Shown here in pieces: positions 13,720 to 27,472 of a stretch of DNA of 64,000 nucleotides. The stretch is from Paragordius varius (Eukaryota > Animalia > Nematomorpha). A model generated the notes under the pieces. The model searched no databases and had not been told where the DNA came from. It was given only the letters and a program-made list of their open reading frames with translations. Location: the NCBI GenBank assembly GCA_964247055.1, contig OZ176054.1, positions 8,060,001 to 8,124,000 on the forward strand. Direction: 5' to 3'. Numbering within the stretch: position 1 is the stretch's first letter; the number at the start of each line of letters is the position of its first letter. Both the position numbers and the translations under genes were made by a program.

Positions 13720-14800
13720 ATTAATTTCCCAATCAAATGAAACATCCTTGTCAATCAAAACGTTTTCCCCATAATCAAAACATTTCCCAATTAATAAAAA
13801 CGGTTTTATTTTTGATGACATTAAAAAAAAGATCTGAAAAACTGTTATCATTATTAAGATATTCAGAAGAACACAATAATTAAATTTTTTTATCTATCCA
13901 ATTTTTTAAACCATTTAATGACCTAAAATCATATTTTTTTATATTTAATCCACATGTCAAATTTTTAAATTATTCAAAAATATTCTAAATCTAATTGGGG
14001 GTTACGAGCTAAATAAATTCAGAATTGAGATCAATATTTGTTCTTGGCATAGTTTATTATTTTCTCCATTCCCAGCCGCAAAGTGTTATAATTTTTTGTA
14101 ATAATAGTTGTTAAATCCGTAAGATAATGAATGATAAACTAAAATCGAATAGAAAATTAAGTGGAAATGATATTTATGAATTGAATTATAAATGATATGT
14201 GAAACCCTTGACCCCAAGTCAAATAGTGTGTCGTACTGATGAGTGCTAGTCTAAGATTGCTATTGACGAAGGACATATATCATTTATAATTTCAATTTAT
14301 AAATATAACTTTCTAATTTTCTCTTTAATATTCGTTTATAATTATATCTAACGGATTTAACAATTGTTATTACAAAACATTATCGATCCGTCATTTACAT
14401 TTACAATATCAATGTTATAATTTTAATTTAAGTGATTTGTATTAATAAATTTTTTATTTAAACATTGTAAATCAGCCAGTTAAAATAAGGAATTATCTAA
14501 ATATGATATTATTATATAAAAAAGATGAACCACGCCAAAAACAAATATTAATGTCAATTATAAATTATTTATCTCAGAAATACCCAAATCAAATTCATAC
14601 CACTTCCTAGTCTAAAACAAAACATTTTTAGAGTCAGTCGTAACGTTTTCCTATTCATTCGAAAGCCAGTTACTCGAAACTTTTTAACCAAACAAAACAT
14701 TTTCCCAACAATCGAAACGATTTCCGAATTAATTGAAACATTTTCCCATTCAATAAAAACATTTTGCCGGATCAATAAAAAGATTTTTTATTTGATGCTA
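13720..14800. repeat. Degenerate 21-22-bp periodic repeat blocks flanking a 300-bp palindrome
   Basis: AAACATTTTCCCAA-type units at 13720-13860 and 14560-14800 (reverse copy at 18960-19070). Inverted arms at 14085-14200 and 14275-14385. Confidence 0.55.
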
Positions 14801-15082
14801 ATATTAAAAAAAAATAAACTTTCACGACCTTAATCAAAAAGGATTTATTATTTGACACAATTATTTATTGAATTTTTTTTATTATTTAACTGACATAATC
14901 TTATAAAAATATGATCTGCATCTCGATTTAACCTCAAACGTTTCCTATTCATTCTTCCTCTTTAAATACACAATTTACTCTAAAATTTGGAAGTTTTTGA
15001 ACGGAACAACTCATAATTCAGATTAACATTTATCTTTAAAAAATAAATATAACACTCGTGTAAAGGGAATTTATGATATATG

Positions 15083-18000
15083 TAGGGTGACTAGACGTCC
15101 CGCTAAGTTTTAGAAATTTCCTGCTTATTCATCATTTTATAAAAATTTTTTTAGATCCATTTAATTTTTTATAAAAAATTTATATTTTTATCTGTTTAAA
15201 TTTTTTAATCATTAGTTAACTTACAGATCTATATCAATAAATTAAAAATATTTATTATTTCCAACTTTATATCATATGATTATACACTTTGCTTCCTCCT
15301 CCTACTGCCAACCAAAAAGACAAATTATACCACAAATCGGCATCTTATATGTTTACTCCAGAAAATTAAGGTAATATAATATCTTTTTATACTAATATTA
15401 GCTTAAAAATATAAGTACAAAAAGAGGTTGTAAATTCAACGATGAATTAATGAAAGAATTTCCTTTTATCAAAAAAACGAAGAATGAATCATTTGTTAAA
15501 TGTTCGTTATGCGAGGGGGAATTCACCTAAGCACATGGCGGCAAGCATGATATTTAAAAGGATATGGAATGATAGAAACATAAAAAATGTTTAGATATAG
15601 CGGCATCTTCAAAACCGCTTTTATAGAGGAAGAAAAGAATTTGGCACCTGAAGGCGTTTTATCTTTTCACGCCGTTAATCACAATCATTCCTTTAGAACT
15701 ATGGATTGTACCTCACAGGTTATTCGCACCTTATTCAATAAAAAATTTACATGTGCCCGTACAAAGGCTGAAGCCATTGTATGCATAGGGTGGCCAGATT
15801 TTTAAAGGAAAAAGCGGGACAAATTTGAGAAAGAAGGGGGTAGGGGGGTACAACCAAAAATTTTTATACAAAAAATTTATTGTAATATTTATTTATTTTT
15901 AACACAAAAACATTATAAATATAAGAAAATATTATATTTTTTGGTATATTTTTTATTTGAGTGAATACGTTTTAGCAGATTGTCATTTTTTAAAATATTG
16001 TATAAATCTTCACAATTTGTCAAGTTATATTTGACAGATAAAATGGCCTTTAAAGTTACAACATTTAAATTTGATTTTTCCGATGCTCACACCTGATTTA
16101 CTGTGGGAAAAACGCGCTCAGCAGCGTTGGTTCTAAGTAAAGATAGTGCAAATTCCACAAAATAAAATATTTCTAACCATTTCTTTTCTACTGTATTTTT
16201 TTCTGTTGTCCATAATTTAAGCTTTTCATTATTATTAATATATATTTTTTAACTAATGATACTTCAGAAAAAAGATCATTTTCTAAAAGATTCCTTTTTG
16301 GGAATTATTGGGAGATGCAGATGTAATCAAATGATTTTTGAACATCGCACCAATTCTGGATTAATGTTATCCAATGAATCGCATTGTCCAGTCTTCCAAA
16401 TAATATTTACAGTTTGTATAAAACATTTTTATATGGTACAGGATATCTTGGCGATTTATTAAGCCTTGTTTTTCTAAATTATTTATAATATTGCGGATGT
16501 TTGATAAAATTATTTTCTAACCTTTCTTGACAATTGAATTTTAGGTTACTAACTTCATTAGCTACTTCGATTGGCAAAATTTTGTCACCTTCTATCAATT
16601 TAATAATATTTTGAAAAAGAGAAGCTTGATTATGTAGGAACTCTAAACATATTTTTGAAGAATCACTTTTAAAAAACTTTTCCAAAGTTGTAGGACATTT
16701 GTCCTGTGATAAAAAAAAGGATTTTAAAGGATCATACATTTTTAAAATCCTTTCGAGCTGTCAGAAGAGCTAACCAACGAATTTTACAATATCCCAGCAT
16801 TTTATATTGAACTTCTGCATTTTCCTAGAATTTCTTAAGCGACTCACGCGTACCGTGTCAATATAAACCGGAATATATTTTAACAACTATATTTTCCACA
16901 TATAGGGGGTAACAAATCAGCAGCTGTTTGAATAGCGTTGTGTATTATATGCGTTGCACACCCAACACCAATAATGTTTTGATTAAGATTATCTGCTAAT
17001 TTATGAAAAATATTTTTTGTTCCTTTCCTTGCTTTTCCACAGAAGTTCGTATTGTGTTGTCAGCGCAATATGCAATGATTTTGTCTTTTGAATTGTTTTT
17101 TTTCTAGAATATTCATTGAAGTAATAATCATGCCGGAATTTCCACAAGGTAGAGAAATAAAATCTAATTTTAATTTTTACTCCGGTTTCTGGATCAAAAT
17201 ATCTTATTAAAGTGGGTAATATTCTTGTTTCCTTGTGATTTGATGCATCAGAGTATAGCGATATGAAATTAATTTTCAGCAATCTTTTTGTATTTGAGAA
17301 AATGTATGAGGCGAAAGGATGTATGCAATACCTTCAGCCTTTGTACGGACACATGCAAATTATTTATTGAATAAGGTACGAATCACCTATCGATACTAAT
17401 GGAATGATTGTGATTACCAGAAAATTTTAGATTTCTCTACCTGGTGAAAATTCCGACATAACAATAATAAATATTTTAGAAAAAAATAATTTAAAAGATA
17501 AAATCATCGCATATTGCGCTGACAACACCAAGAACTTCGTTGGAAAAGCAAGGAGGGGAACAAAAAATATTTTTCATAAATTAGCAGATAATCTTAATCA
17601 AAACATTATTGGTGTTGGGTGTGCAGCGCATATAATACACAACGCTATTAAAACAGCTGCTGATTTACCCCCTAGATGTGGAAAATGTAGTTGTTAAAAT
17701 ATATTCCCATTTATATAGACATGGTACGCGTTAAAACGCTTAAGATTGGTTTAAATGCAGAAGTTCAATATCAAAAAATGCTTGGATTAAAACTCGTTGG
17801 TTAGCTCTTTGCCAGCTATCGAAAGAATTTTAAAAATGTATGATCCTTTTAAATCCTATTTTAAATCACAGGACAAATGTCTTACAACTTTGAAAAAGTT
17901 TTTTGAAAGTGATTCTTCAAAAATATGGTTAGAGTTCCTACTTATTCGAGCTTCTCTCTTTCAAAATGTTATTAAATTGATAGAAGGTGACAAAATTTCG

Positions 18001-18690
18001 GCAATCGAAGTAGCCAATTAAGTTAATAACCTAAAATTCCAATGTCAAGAAAGGTTAGAAAATAATTATATAGCATTAACCATCCGCAATATTATAAATA
18101 ATACAGTAAAACAAGGCTTAATAAGTCGCCAAGATATCCTGTACACTGTAAAGATTATTTAAAAGATTGGACGGTGCAATTCAATGAAATTGATCATTTT
18201 CATTGGATAACATTAAAACCAGAAATTGGTGCGATGTTTAAAATCATTTAATTCATCTGTATCTCCCAAAAATCTTTCAGAACATGATCTTTTTTAAGTA
18301 TCATTAAAAATATATCAATAATGAATAACTTAAATTAAACAGAGAAAAATACAATAGAAAAGAAATGGTTACAAATATTTATCATTTTGAAACAAACTAT
18401 GTTCTATACAATAATATTTTAAAATTGTGGAATTTGTCCTATCTTTACCTGGAACCAAAGCTGCCACTGAGCGCGTTTTTTCCACAGTACAGGTGTGAAC
18501 ATCGGAAAAATCAAATTTAAATGTTGAAACTCTAAAGGCCATTTTATCTGTCAAATATAATTTGACAAATTCTTGGGAAAACTTCCACAATATTTTAAGA
18601 AATGATGAAAACGCATTCCCTCAAATAACAAATATACCAAAGAATAAAATATTTTTTATATTTATATGTATTTCTGTTAATAAATATTAC
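15083..18690 (+). mobile_element. hAT transposon (TAGGGTGAC-type TIR), decayed, with an inverted second copy inside
   Basis: Left TIR TAGGGTGACTAGACGTCCCGC is at 15083. The transposase N-terminus (C2H2-like CSLCEG...HK; FTCARTK) runs to 15785. It resumes at 17421 (IIAYCADNT, GVGCAAHIIHN, LPGTKAATERVFS) and continues to about 18690. Confidence 0.85.
15786..17420 (-). mobile_element. Inverted, 5'-truncated copy of the same hAT transposon
   Basis: Right TIR TAGGGTGGCCAGA...GCGGGAC is at 15786. The minus-strand transposase (SDASNHKETRILP; YDPLKSFFLSQDKCPTTL) closely matches the plus-strand copy at 17421-18690. Confidence 0.85.
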
Positions 18691-19208
18691 AAATAAATTA
18701 ATTTAGCATAGAAACACCCAAATTATTTTAAGAGTAAATTTGACATGTTTAAGCCGATATATGAAATGTTTGTGGTTATATATGAAGTGTAAATGTATTA
18801 CACATAAAAAATTTCATAGAGGTCAGTTAATGATTGTGCAATATTCGAGTTGAAAATATTAAAAATTCAATTATATTGTGCTATCTAAATAGAATCTTAT
18901 TAATGAGATAGTGATCTTGTTTTGATATTTATCATCAAAAATAGAACCGTCTCCATCAATTTTTTATAATTATGTTTGGGTAAAAAATGTTTTGATTGCC
19001 AATGAAATCTGGTTTGGAAGAACGCTTCGCTTGACTGGGAAAATATTTTTTTAGACTGGGATAAATATTTAAATTTAAACATTTAAAAAAAATGCTTTAA
19101 ACATATAGTAAATACCGTGTTTTGAACTTTAAATTCCAAATATGTTTGCGTAAATTAATTGGTAAATTTGTAGTCAATAAAATTTATTTATCATATATTA
19201 ATAACAAT

Positions 19209-19657
19209 TTAATTCTCTGCATCATTTTTATATTTTTTCCACTCATCAAAACCACCCTCATAATGTTTTACACTATAAATAGATAAAAAATTACTTTTTA
19301 TAACCCAATGATTGTGCCAGTTTTAAGGCGTCCAAACTTCTTCGACCTTTAGCACAATGAAATATAATTTCAGAATCTTTTGAAAATTTATGATCCATAA
19401 ATTCACCACATTTCAACGCAAATTTTATAAATTTTGCTATAATATTAAAAATATATACTAGGGATATTAATGGAGCCAGGAATAAGGCCAGAATGAATTA
19501 ATTCCTCAGGAGTTCGAACATCCACTATTATAGGCCTCTTTTTTTCGTTTAATATTGTCTTAAATTGGTCATAGTTCACAGTAACTTCTGAAACATTGGT
19601 AGTAGAAAAATATCTATAAGCATGTGCTTTGCGTACGTGCGCTAATAAGTTTCGCAT
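19209..19657 (-). CDS. Single-domain rhodanese/thiosulfate sulfurtransferase-like protein (TSTD/Hsp67B-like), 134 aa, 3 exons
   Basis: Exons are 19657-19459, 19436-19295 and 19272-19209, joined by two 22-nt GT-AG introns (19437-19458, 19273-19294). The spliced frame has the rhodanese motifs IVDVRTPEE, IPGSINIP, active-site loop FHCAKGRRS and HYEGGFDEW. The Arg-rich, acid-poor N-terminus resembles a mitochondrial presequence (inference). Confidence 0.9.
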
Positions 19658-19764
19658 GATGTTTTATAACAGACACACCGAAGAAAATTGACACTTTCAC
19701 AGTGCACACAAAGAATATTTTGTATATTCTGATAGATACTATAAGTGGTGTTTTTGCCTTTAAC

Positions 19765-20411
19765 CAAGGGATAGAAAAAGAGTCAACGTGACATGTGTCC
19801 AATGAAATTGAAAAATAGTACAAAATAAATCGCTTTTTCTATTTCTATCAATGTTAGTGTAATTTAAATAAAAATTAGGTTTAATTTTACCTTGAAATTA
19901 TGTGAAGACGATATTTTGCAAAAATTTTGTAAAAAAATGGCGTCGAAGTAGTTTGACATGGAACTTTTTTTCAGAAAAAAATTTATTTATATAAATTTTA
20001 TTAGGATAGAAGCATAAATTTAAATTGGGACCGTTAATTTCAGTAGTTTTTTGAAAATCCTAACTTAAATTTAGTCTGGGGTATTTGGACACCCCAATTT
20101 GAATCGAAGTGTTAAAGCTAAAATTAAAGTCAAGATTTATATAAATCACATCTACATTAATAAAAAGAGAAAGTATATTTTATTATATTTTACGACTTAA
20201 CTAGTTGTGTTGACTAATTAATTACCTTTGGTTTTTACTGCAAAATAAGTAAAAGTTAATAAAATTTTTTATATTTTGGTTCATTAATGTTATAAGTGGA
20301 AACTTTTGCCATGGCTTCATTTTTAGAAGTTTTTGATTTTTAACTGGCCTGGGCATCTAACTGGATTTCGAATCGAAGGACTTAAATGAATGTTTTTGTA
20401 TCCAAGTGTTA
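19765..20411. mobile_element. MITE family B fragments directly upstream of the rhodanese gene
   Basis: An inverted left end finishes GAATCGAAGTG-TTAA at 20114, and a right end finishes GTATCCAAGTG-TTAA at 20411. Confidence 0.75.
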
Positions 20412-20441
20412 AAATTTATATTTTTTAAAAAAACTTTGATA

Positions 20442-20638
20442 AACCGTATTTTATGATTTTGGGACATGATGAAAACGGGAAATCATCTTTAAGGAAACTA
20501 TACACTTTTTCCATAACAATATTCTAATCAAATATCTGAAATGACTGAAATTTTTATCATCATATTATTTAGAAAAACTTTTTTACAAGGTAATAAAGTG
20601 ATTTCATACCGTATCATGCAAAAACCATAAAATACGGA
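20442..20638. mobile_element. Small (about 200 bp) MITE
   Basis: Inverted termini CCGTATTTTATGATTTTG / CAAAACCATAAAATACGG. Confidence 0.55.
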
Positions 20639-21020
20639 TCATCATTGCTAAAAATTAAATTTTAATAGATATTTTCCATTTTTACAATATATATTTAATT
20701 GTCATATTTACGACATATATCATTAAAATTCTAATAGCATTCGGCATTTTTCCGAGAAAACTAACCCATTTAAAAGGAGGAGGGAAACAAAAATTTGAGA
20801 CTTCTAAAGCCCACATCTAAAAATTATAACTTTATGAAAATATTTTAAATAATAATTTTTCGAAAGAAGTCTGTTTTTACCAAAAAAAATTATTTCCCAT
20901 AATATGCTTAAATTTTGTCGTTCGACTTGTAACGATTATTTTTATCGACAGTTCAGGACCTTATATCGCAAAAAATATTTTTAGCATTCGGCCAAATTTA
21001 AAAATATGCTTTTTTTGCCT

Positions 21021-21915
21021 TTAACACTTCATAAACTTTTGGTGTTTATCCGAGAGCGATATAAAATCTGAATATCTTAAAAGTATTTAGGTATTAGGCC
21101 GGATTTAAAAATATGCTTTTGCCTTTTAGGCGCATAATACAATAAATTTTTTCAAAAATATGCAAAATTATAAATATATCCTCATCTCAAACTTTTTCGC
21201 CCCCGTTTATTTTAATTTTTTAAATGGTAATAAAATAGGAAAATAAAACTATATGGTTAGAAAATTGTATATAATTAGTTTTAGTTAGATTAAGATTTTA
21301 TAAAAAACGTTATATCTATTTATTTTAAAATTAGATGTTTAGTTTAACTGTTTTGGGGCTGTTACAATTTTAGACTCTGGAAGATATAAAACTGTAAAAA
21401 ATATAACCTTCTTTATCTAATACGGGAGAACAATATTAGATAATTATATAAACTAAAATATCTAAAACAGTAATTCATTTGCCAGATTTTTTGGAATATA
21501 AATCAACCCGAATATATGGCGGACAAAAAATAAAAGATGAAGAGCCCATGATACAATAAAGATTATTAAAATTGTAAAAAATACTCATCTCATACTTTTT
21601 CGTCGTTTATTCGTAGAACAGGCAATAAATGTGTTTTATGATTGAAAAGTATAAATAACTAACTTTGGAAAGCCTTCAAATGACTATTTACCGGGAAATT
21701 TTTGATATTTATTTATTTCAATATGAGCTCTTTGTTTCAATCGTGTTATGTATGGATTCGGAACTCTAGAAGTTAGAAAACTGTAAAAATTTAAGTTTTT
21801 TTACTAATAAAGAAGTAATTAAATTTTAATCAAAACTTTCTAAACAATAGTTTTTACCACTTTAGCTCTAAGGTGGAAAACTACCCCAACATCGAATAAA
21901 AAATGAAAATGTAAC
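21021..21915 (+). mobile_element. MITE family C, extended/duplicated copy
   Basis: Starts TTAA-CACTTCAT and contains internally duplicated family C modules. Confidence 0.65.
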
Positions 21916-22058
21916 GAGTGTCAAACTACTGGTATAAAACGAAAAATATCATGAGATGCTGATACATTTATCTATCAGAAATATATATAATATTTTATAG
22001 ATTTTATGTATTGATTCCATACAAGCGTCGTATCTGAAATTTTATCGACTCTCTAACG

Positions 22059-23465
22059 CAGCGGTACTTAAACCGCGGCCCTAAAATTGATTTTTGTGAC
22101 CCTGAATTATGTATTATAGTTTTTGATGTATTATTTTGAATATAATTATCTGCATAGTAGTACAGTTAAATTTTTTTTCGGTATTATATGGTTAATGGTT
22201 CTTGAGCCAGAAATATTTTTTGAGGCCCTTTAAATTTTGGTCAGTACCGATCTATCGTATGCACTATTTAATGGAATTTATTAAAATAGACAGATGGAAT
22301 CATATGAAATTTTGTTTTCTAGATTTTGCGTGAGCAAATTTTTAATTTTTTTTTATCCATTTGATCCGCCATCTCCGCTTTAATTTTTAGTAACGATAAA
22401 GTTCTCAACTTTTTTTCAGCCATCATGCTTCTAATATAATTTTTTATAATTTTTAACTTTGAAAATGAACGTTCCGCTGTAGCAACAGGGACTGGTAAAG
22501 TCAAATACAATAACAGCTGTTAGAACTTCGTCACGAGCTGAAATAAAATTATTGGCCACCAGATAATTAATAGCTCTCTTTGCCCTCATTGTTTATTTGA
22601 GCGATCTCATTCTTAAGTGACACCATCCAAATAGGAAAATATTCACTTAAATTGTTTGAATAAATTTTAATTTTAGCTGAATTGTTAATCTGATTTCACT
22701 CATTTTAGTTATTTTTTATGAAAGCAGAAAAGAAAACACATCCAATACATTTTAAAACCCGCAAAATCTTTTTTTTAATTAAAAAATTATAATCCAAAAT
22801 TTTATTGAAAACATTCGCTCTAAACTTATCATCTAAATCAGAATATCCATGGGCATCGGCAAGTTCGTTAATATGTCTTTTATTTGTTAAGAAAAAAATT
22901 CAGTCGCCCCTGGTTGTGAAGAAAAATATCCATTTCCTTATTAAGAAAAATATAATGTTTAAAAGGATTATATTAAAAAGTAAAGTATATTATTGCAAAT
23001 GTTATTTATAGAATGAAATTCTTTATTAGTTTGATATTTTAATAACAGAGGGAAAAAATTACCTCTATTAGAATTTTGCTTGAAATCATAAAATTGAAAT
23101 TCCAATAAAAGATAACAAATTCATAGCGTTTAATAATTTTACGACTTGAAAATTTATAATCACTTTTGTGTCAACCATCCATCATTTATTTATTTTTTAA
23201 AACTATTTTTTCATTTTTTTTTTCAATGTGTTAATTGGAGATAAAGATGGAATATCATAATGAAAAAAATGCATTTTTTCGCTCTTCGTTTCAATCGATA
23301 ACAATTTATATATTGTAATAATACAATCAAGCAATCTTTACTTACATATTCAGTAAATAAAAAAGTTAATAGTCCCGCAAGCCCAAAAATGTTAATGAAA
23401 TAAAGGCCTGTGTTTTGTCTAGTACCCCCCGCACTGCTCTCCCTAGCTCCCCTTAGCTTCGCCAC
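22059..23465 (-). mobile_element. Internally deleted hAT element with dimerisation-domain remnant
   Basis: ORF 22319-22510 encodes LTLPVPVATAERSFSKLKIIKNYIRSMM, the hAT C-terminal dimerisation motif. A hAT-like terminus CAGTGGCGAAGCTAAGGGG lies at 23465 on the minus strand. The other end (CAGCGGTACTTAA, 22059) matches only weakly. Confidence 0.7.
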
Positions 23466-23964
23466 TGACCCAAGCGTGTTAAGCGATAGTTTATAAAATC
23501 ACAAGAGAAATTATTGAGCCTCTGACATTATACCCCGATATCGCAATTATTAATAGGTAAAAACACAAATAAAAACAATCAAAAATATTTAATTTGGTTA
23601 CATTAAATGTGTGCAACGAGCGAAATTCTAAATTTTGCAATTAGCAAACATCAACACGCAGCCCTCCGATTTATGTGCCGCCCGCGTAGAATTTGAAAAT
23701 TAATATTTCTAAAAATTTTCTAAATTAGTTTATCCTATAAAGAACTAAAAAAATTTATTATTGCGTTTGATTTTTGCAGTCTTATGTTTTAAATGCTCAA
23801 ATAATTTCGAATGCGGCCCGCGAAGTGTTTCGGGTCGCATATGGATTATAACAAACCCATATTTTTACAAATTACTTCTCTACGCCTTTATAATTTATTT
23901 TTGTTAGAATATAAAAGCTTTAATATTAAAATTTTGGAACACACTATTCCAAATATTAAAATAT

Positions 23965-26136
23965 ATGAAGATGTTGTTTTTAGCAATTATATTGCACACT
24001 ACTTTTGTCAGTGGAAATGGAATCAAACAAAAGGGTATACTCTTACTAAATCATTAATGAAACATGCGGATATGTTTATATTTATCATGTACTTTTATAG
24101 CTGAAAACTGGTTAAATAACGCAACAGTAGAATCAAGTTACCGCATTACAAATGCTACCAGATCTAATCATTATAATAACAACAACCAATCAAATTTTGC
24201 AGGCCCAAAGAATTTTACAGTAATCCGTCCCTTGACATCGCGTATAGTTGTGAGATCCGGGAAAGAGGCAAGACTCGAAAAAAGTTTGGGATTAGTGCAT
24301 AAAGATATTCATTTACACAATCAATATCAATGGGTGGATCCTGATCTTAAAAACACCTTCAAAACCATAATCAAAGATAAAAACTTTATACTAATCCTTA
24401 TTGGTGTATTGGGATGCATAGCCCTCATAATTGTGTCAGCCATTATGTTTTTGGGTGCAAAACGGTTACGTCGACATCACTGTGGTCATTTGGAAATCCC
24501 ACGTCAAGCTCTGACAGATTGCATGAGTTGTATAGCTAATGCAAATAGTAGGTTAACCCACCGTCTTAATGCAAAACGGAATAATTCAACAGTCAGTGGA
24601 TGGTCCAGATCAGGAGCACCTAGCTCTCATGTGTTTGGCAGACTCGGGGCAAATATTAAAACTAATAATAATGATAAAATTAATAATAATCCAACTTCAA
24701 CCAACACTAATTTACATAACGATGAACTTGAAGAGGAAAATGAATTTATGATAAATAGCCCTACTGTATTTAGCGGGGAACGATTTCGGCATAAACGTGG
24801 GATAAAACATTTGCCTTGGACAACCTTTCACAAAGTATGTTTTTTTGTTATAAGGTTTGTAATAAAAGGGTGAATGCCTTATGCATTATGCCTATAAAAT
24901 ATAGCCTCACCCCTAAATTAAAAAATAACAATATAAGCTGTATGCAATCTATTTCAAATCAAAAATTCCATTTTATAAAATGCCAAAAAATGTTACCGAT
25001 ACTAATGCCGATTTTAGATTAAAAACAAATAAAAAAGTTTTGTGAATGCTTTTTGCCTTATCAGGAGTCATATCACACATATTTGTAGTTTATATAGTCC
25101 TCGTACTTAACTGAAAAACCGGAAGCCTGTGTACTCGAAAAAATCGCATAGAATATAACGCACGAAAATTTTATTCGATAAAATTTTAAATTTTTTTAGA
25201 TTCCTTAGCTATTTGAGAAAAATATTATCTTTTTCAATCGAGGGCTTCCGATTAATTTTTTTAGGACCTTATATATTGCAATATAATTATTTTCTTTTAT
25301 ATCCTTAAATTCTGAACGATATTATAATGATTTTATTTATTAGAACGCAAATTCACCAATGAAAAGTTCCTTATTTTACAGGGTAATATATTTAAATTTT
25401 TTATAAAAAATACTTTTTGCAAAATTGATAAATATACCCTAACATTATTCATTGATTTTTTTATGCTTGCATTCATTAAATTTTGTTGTTGCATATCCTA
25501 TTTTTTCATTAATGACCATTTCACTTTTTTGTCCACGATGGCATATTGGGATTTATATCTCAGAGATTATGGTTAAAATTTTATTATCAAAGATTGTCTC
25601 TTGTATTAGATAAAAAAATTATAAGTTTTATAACTTCTCGAGTCCAAACTTGGAACAGCTCCAAAACACGATTAAACTAAATAGCTGACATTTTAAAATC
25701 ATTTAATAAGTTTTTGCTGGTTAAATGCAATTTGAAAGCTTAAATTATTAAATTTTATAACTATAATATACATTTATTTGTCTATTAGCGATCTAATTTT
25801 CATAGAAAAAATGGCGGCGAAATAAATGAGAATTTTTTTCCTATTTTAGATTTTTTAAAAAATTTGTATTATGTATCTAAAAGGCTAAAGAAATCATATT
25901 TTTGAATTTGGCCCAATAAAAATATATTTTAAGCTATTGAAATATCAAATCGTTTTGGGATATAAACTATCTCAAAAGGTAATTAATACTTTACGAAAGT
26001 AAAGGTATGTATGCATGATCATCTTTGGTGTTTATATTAATTATTTTATATATTGTGTTACTAGTCTGATAGATGGATGAAATCCTTGAAAAGATTAGAT
26101 ACGAAAACGGGCAAAAATCCAGTTTCTGGCCAATAA
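23965..26136 (+). CDS. Orphan type I membrane glycoprotein, about 291 aa (signal peptide, N-glycosylation sequons, one TM helix, cytoplasmic tail)
   Basis: Exon 1 (23965-24034) encodes MKMLFLAIILHTTFVSG. A phase-1 intron (24035-24100) leads to exon 2 (24101-24834), which has NAT/NQS/NFT sequons and the TM segment FILILIGVLGCIALIIVSAIMFLGA followed by KRLRR. A GTATGT donor at 24835 is phase-compatible with a putative last exon at 26065-26136 (SDRWMKSLKRLDTKTGKNPVSGQ*), which is less certain. Confidence 0.65.
25590..25995 (-). mobile_element. MITE family C copy (inside the putative orphan-gene intron)
   Basis: Homologous to 12933-13456 (GGAACAGCTCCAAAAC, AAAAAATGGCGGCG). Confidence 0.65.
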
Positions 26137-27472
26137 TCTTAAAATACATTTAATTTGTTTTCATATTCAATAAATAATTTATACTAAAATTATCAGAGTT
26201 ATAATAGTATCTATGATCCCAAAATAATTAGTTTCAATTCTCCAATGAATAGGCAACAGTTTGTCAATAAAAATGCATGATAAAATATAAGTAAAAACTG
26301 TAAAAATATTTAATACTGTAATAATATATTCTAAAAACTTTTTAATATTGCATAGATTGGATTTCGATAGTAAACAAATTTGAAAATTTATAGCTAAAAT
26401 ATGTCTGCATCATAATATATTTATATAATTGAAATTAATTGTATCCCATTCTACTCATTAAATAATTAATTTTGAGAGATTGTATATAGCAAATTTATAA
26501 ATTGAACCTTATTTTTTTCTAGTTTTATATATAAAATAATTTTAGTCCTGCTGTCAAATGATTTGATTTAAATTCCATTTTTTGAGCAAACATATAACCT
26601 TATTATTTTAATTTAATAAATAGTCACAATAATGTAATTTTCACAGCAAAATTTATTGTATGCTACTTTACTCTAAATAAACATCCGGAATCAAATTATT
26701 TTCGTAAAAAACACTGAAAGCAGAACCACTTTTTGAAATATGTCCTGACCGCTCTTTTCGTAAAAATATGGAAAACCGAAATCAAAGACAAAATTAAGAA
26801 TAAAAACGTAATTCCAATTCCTGTTGTATTAAAAAATTAAGTAGCGATTTGGCCATAGCTAAAGAAAGTTTTAATGGTATAAATAATAATATCAAGATTT
26901 GTCAGAATATGACTAAAATAGTAATGAGCTTAGATCAAATTTGTAGTTATATACAGCGCTTCTAGAATAATATTTTTATATTAATATTTCAACAATATTT
27001 TTTATAAATTGGTTTTTTCATCAACCTCGCAAGATATGAAAAGGATGTACAGAAAAATGATGATTAACACTTCCCTACCTTTTCATTCTTTTAATAGATA
27101 CATACATATTGGACTTATGTCCTAGAGCTTTATTTACAGAAACAGATTACTATCAGTATTTACTCATAAATTAAACATTTACATTATTAAATTAATAAAG
27201 TTTTTATTCCAGTTTAATAGCCTCAGATTTAAAAATTTTGCACAAAACCCAATAAACACTGATCTAAAGCTTTTTTGAGTATATAAATTTCATTTTCTGA
27301 CCATATTATAATTTTACAGTTTATCTAGCGAAACAAAAAATCCAAAAGAAATATTTGATATTTAGCGGCTTGAATCAAGATTTACGGAGGGTAAAACTCA
27401 ATTAATAGAATAATTAATTGCTTAACTTAGTATTAAGAACGTTGGCATGTATATGGAGAAGTTATAGCATTT

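Noticed and set aside
14200-14275. Hammerhead-ribozyme-like words CTGATGAG...GACGAA in the loop of a palindrome
   Set aside because: The core GAAA is GAAG, stem II pairs poorly, and no stem I/III with a UH cleavage triplet could be built in any topology. At best it is a dead relic; an Infernal search would settle it.
14569-14775. 68-aa ORF with periodic residues
   Set aside because: It arises from the 21-22-bp repeat block.
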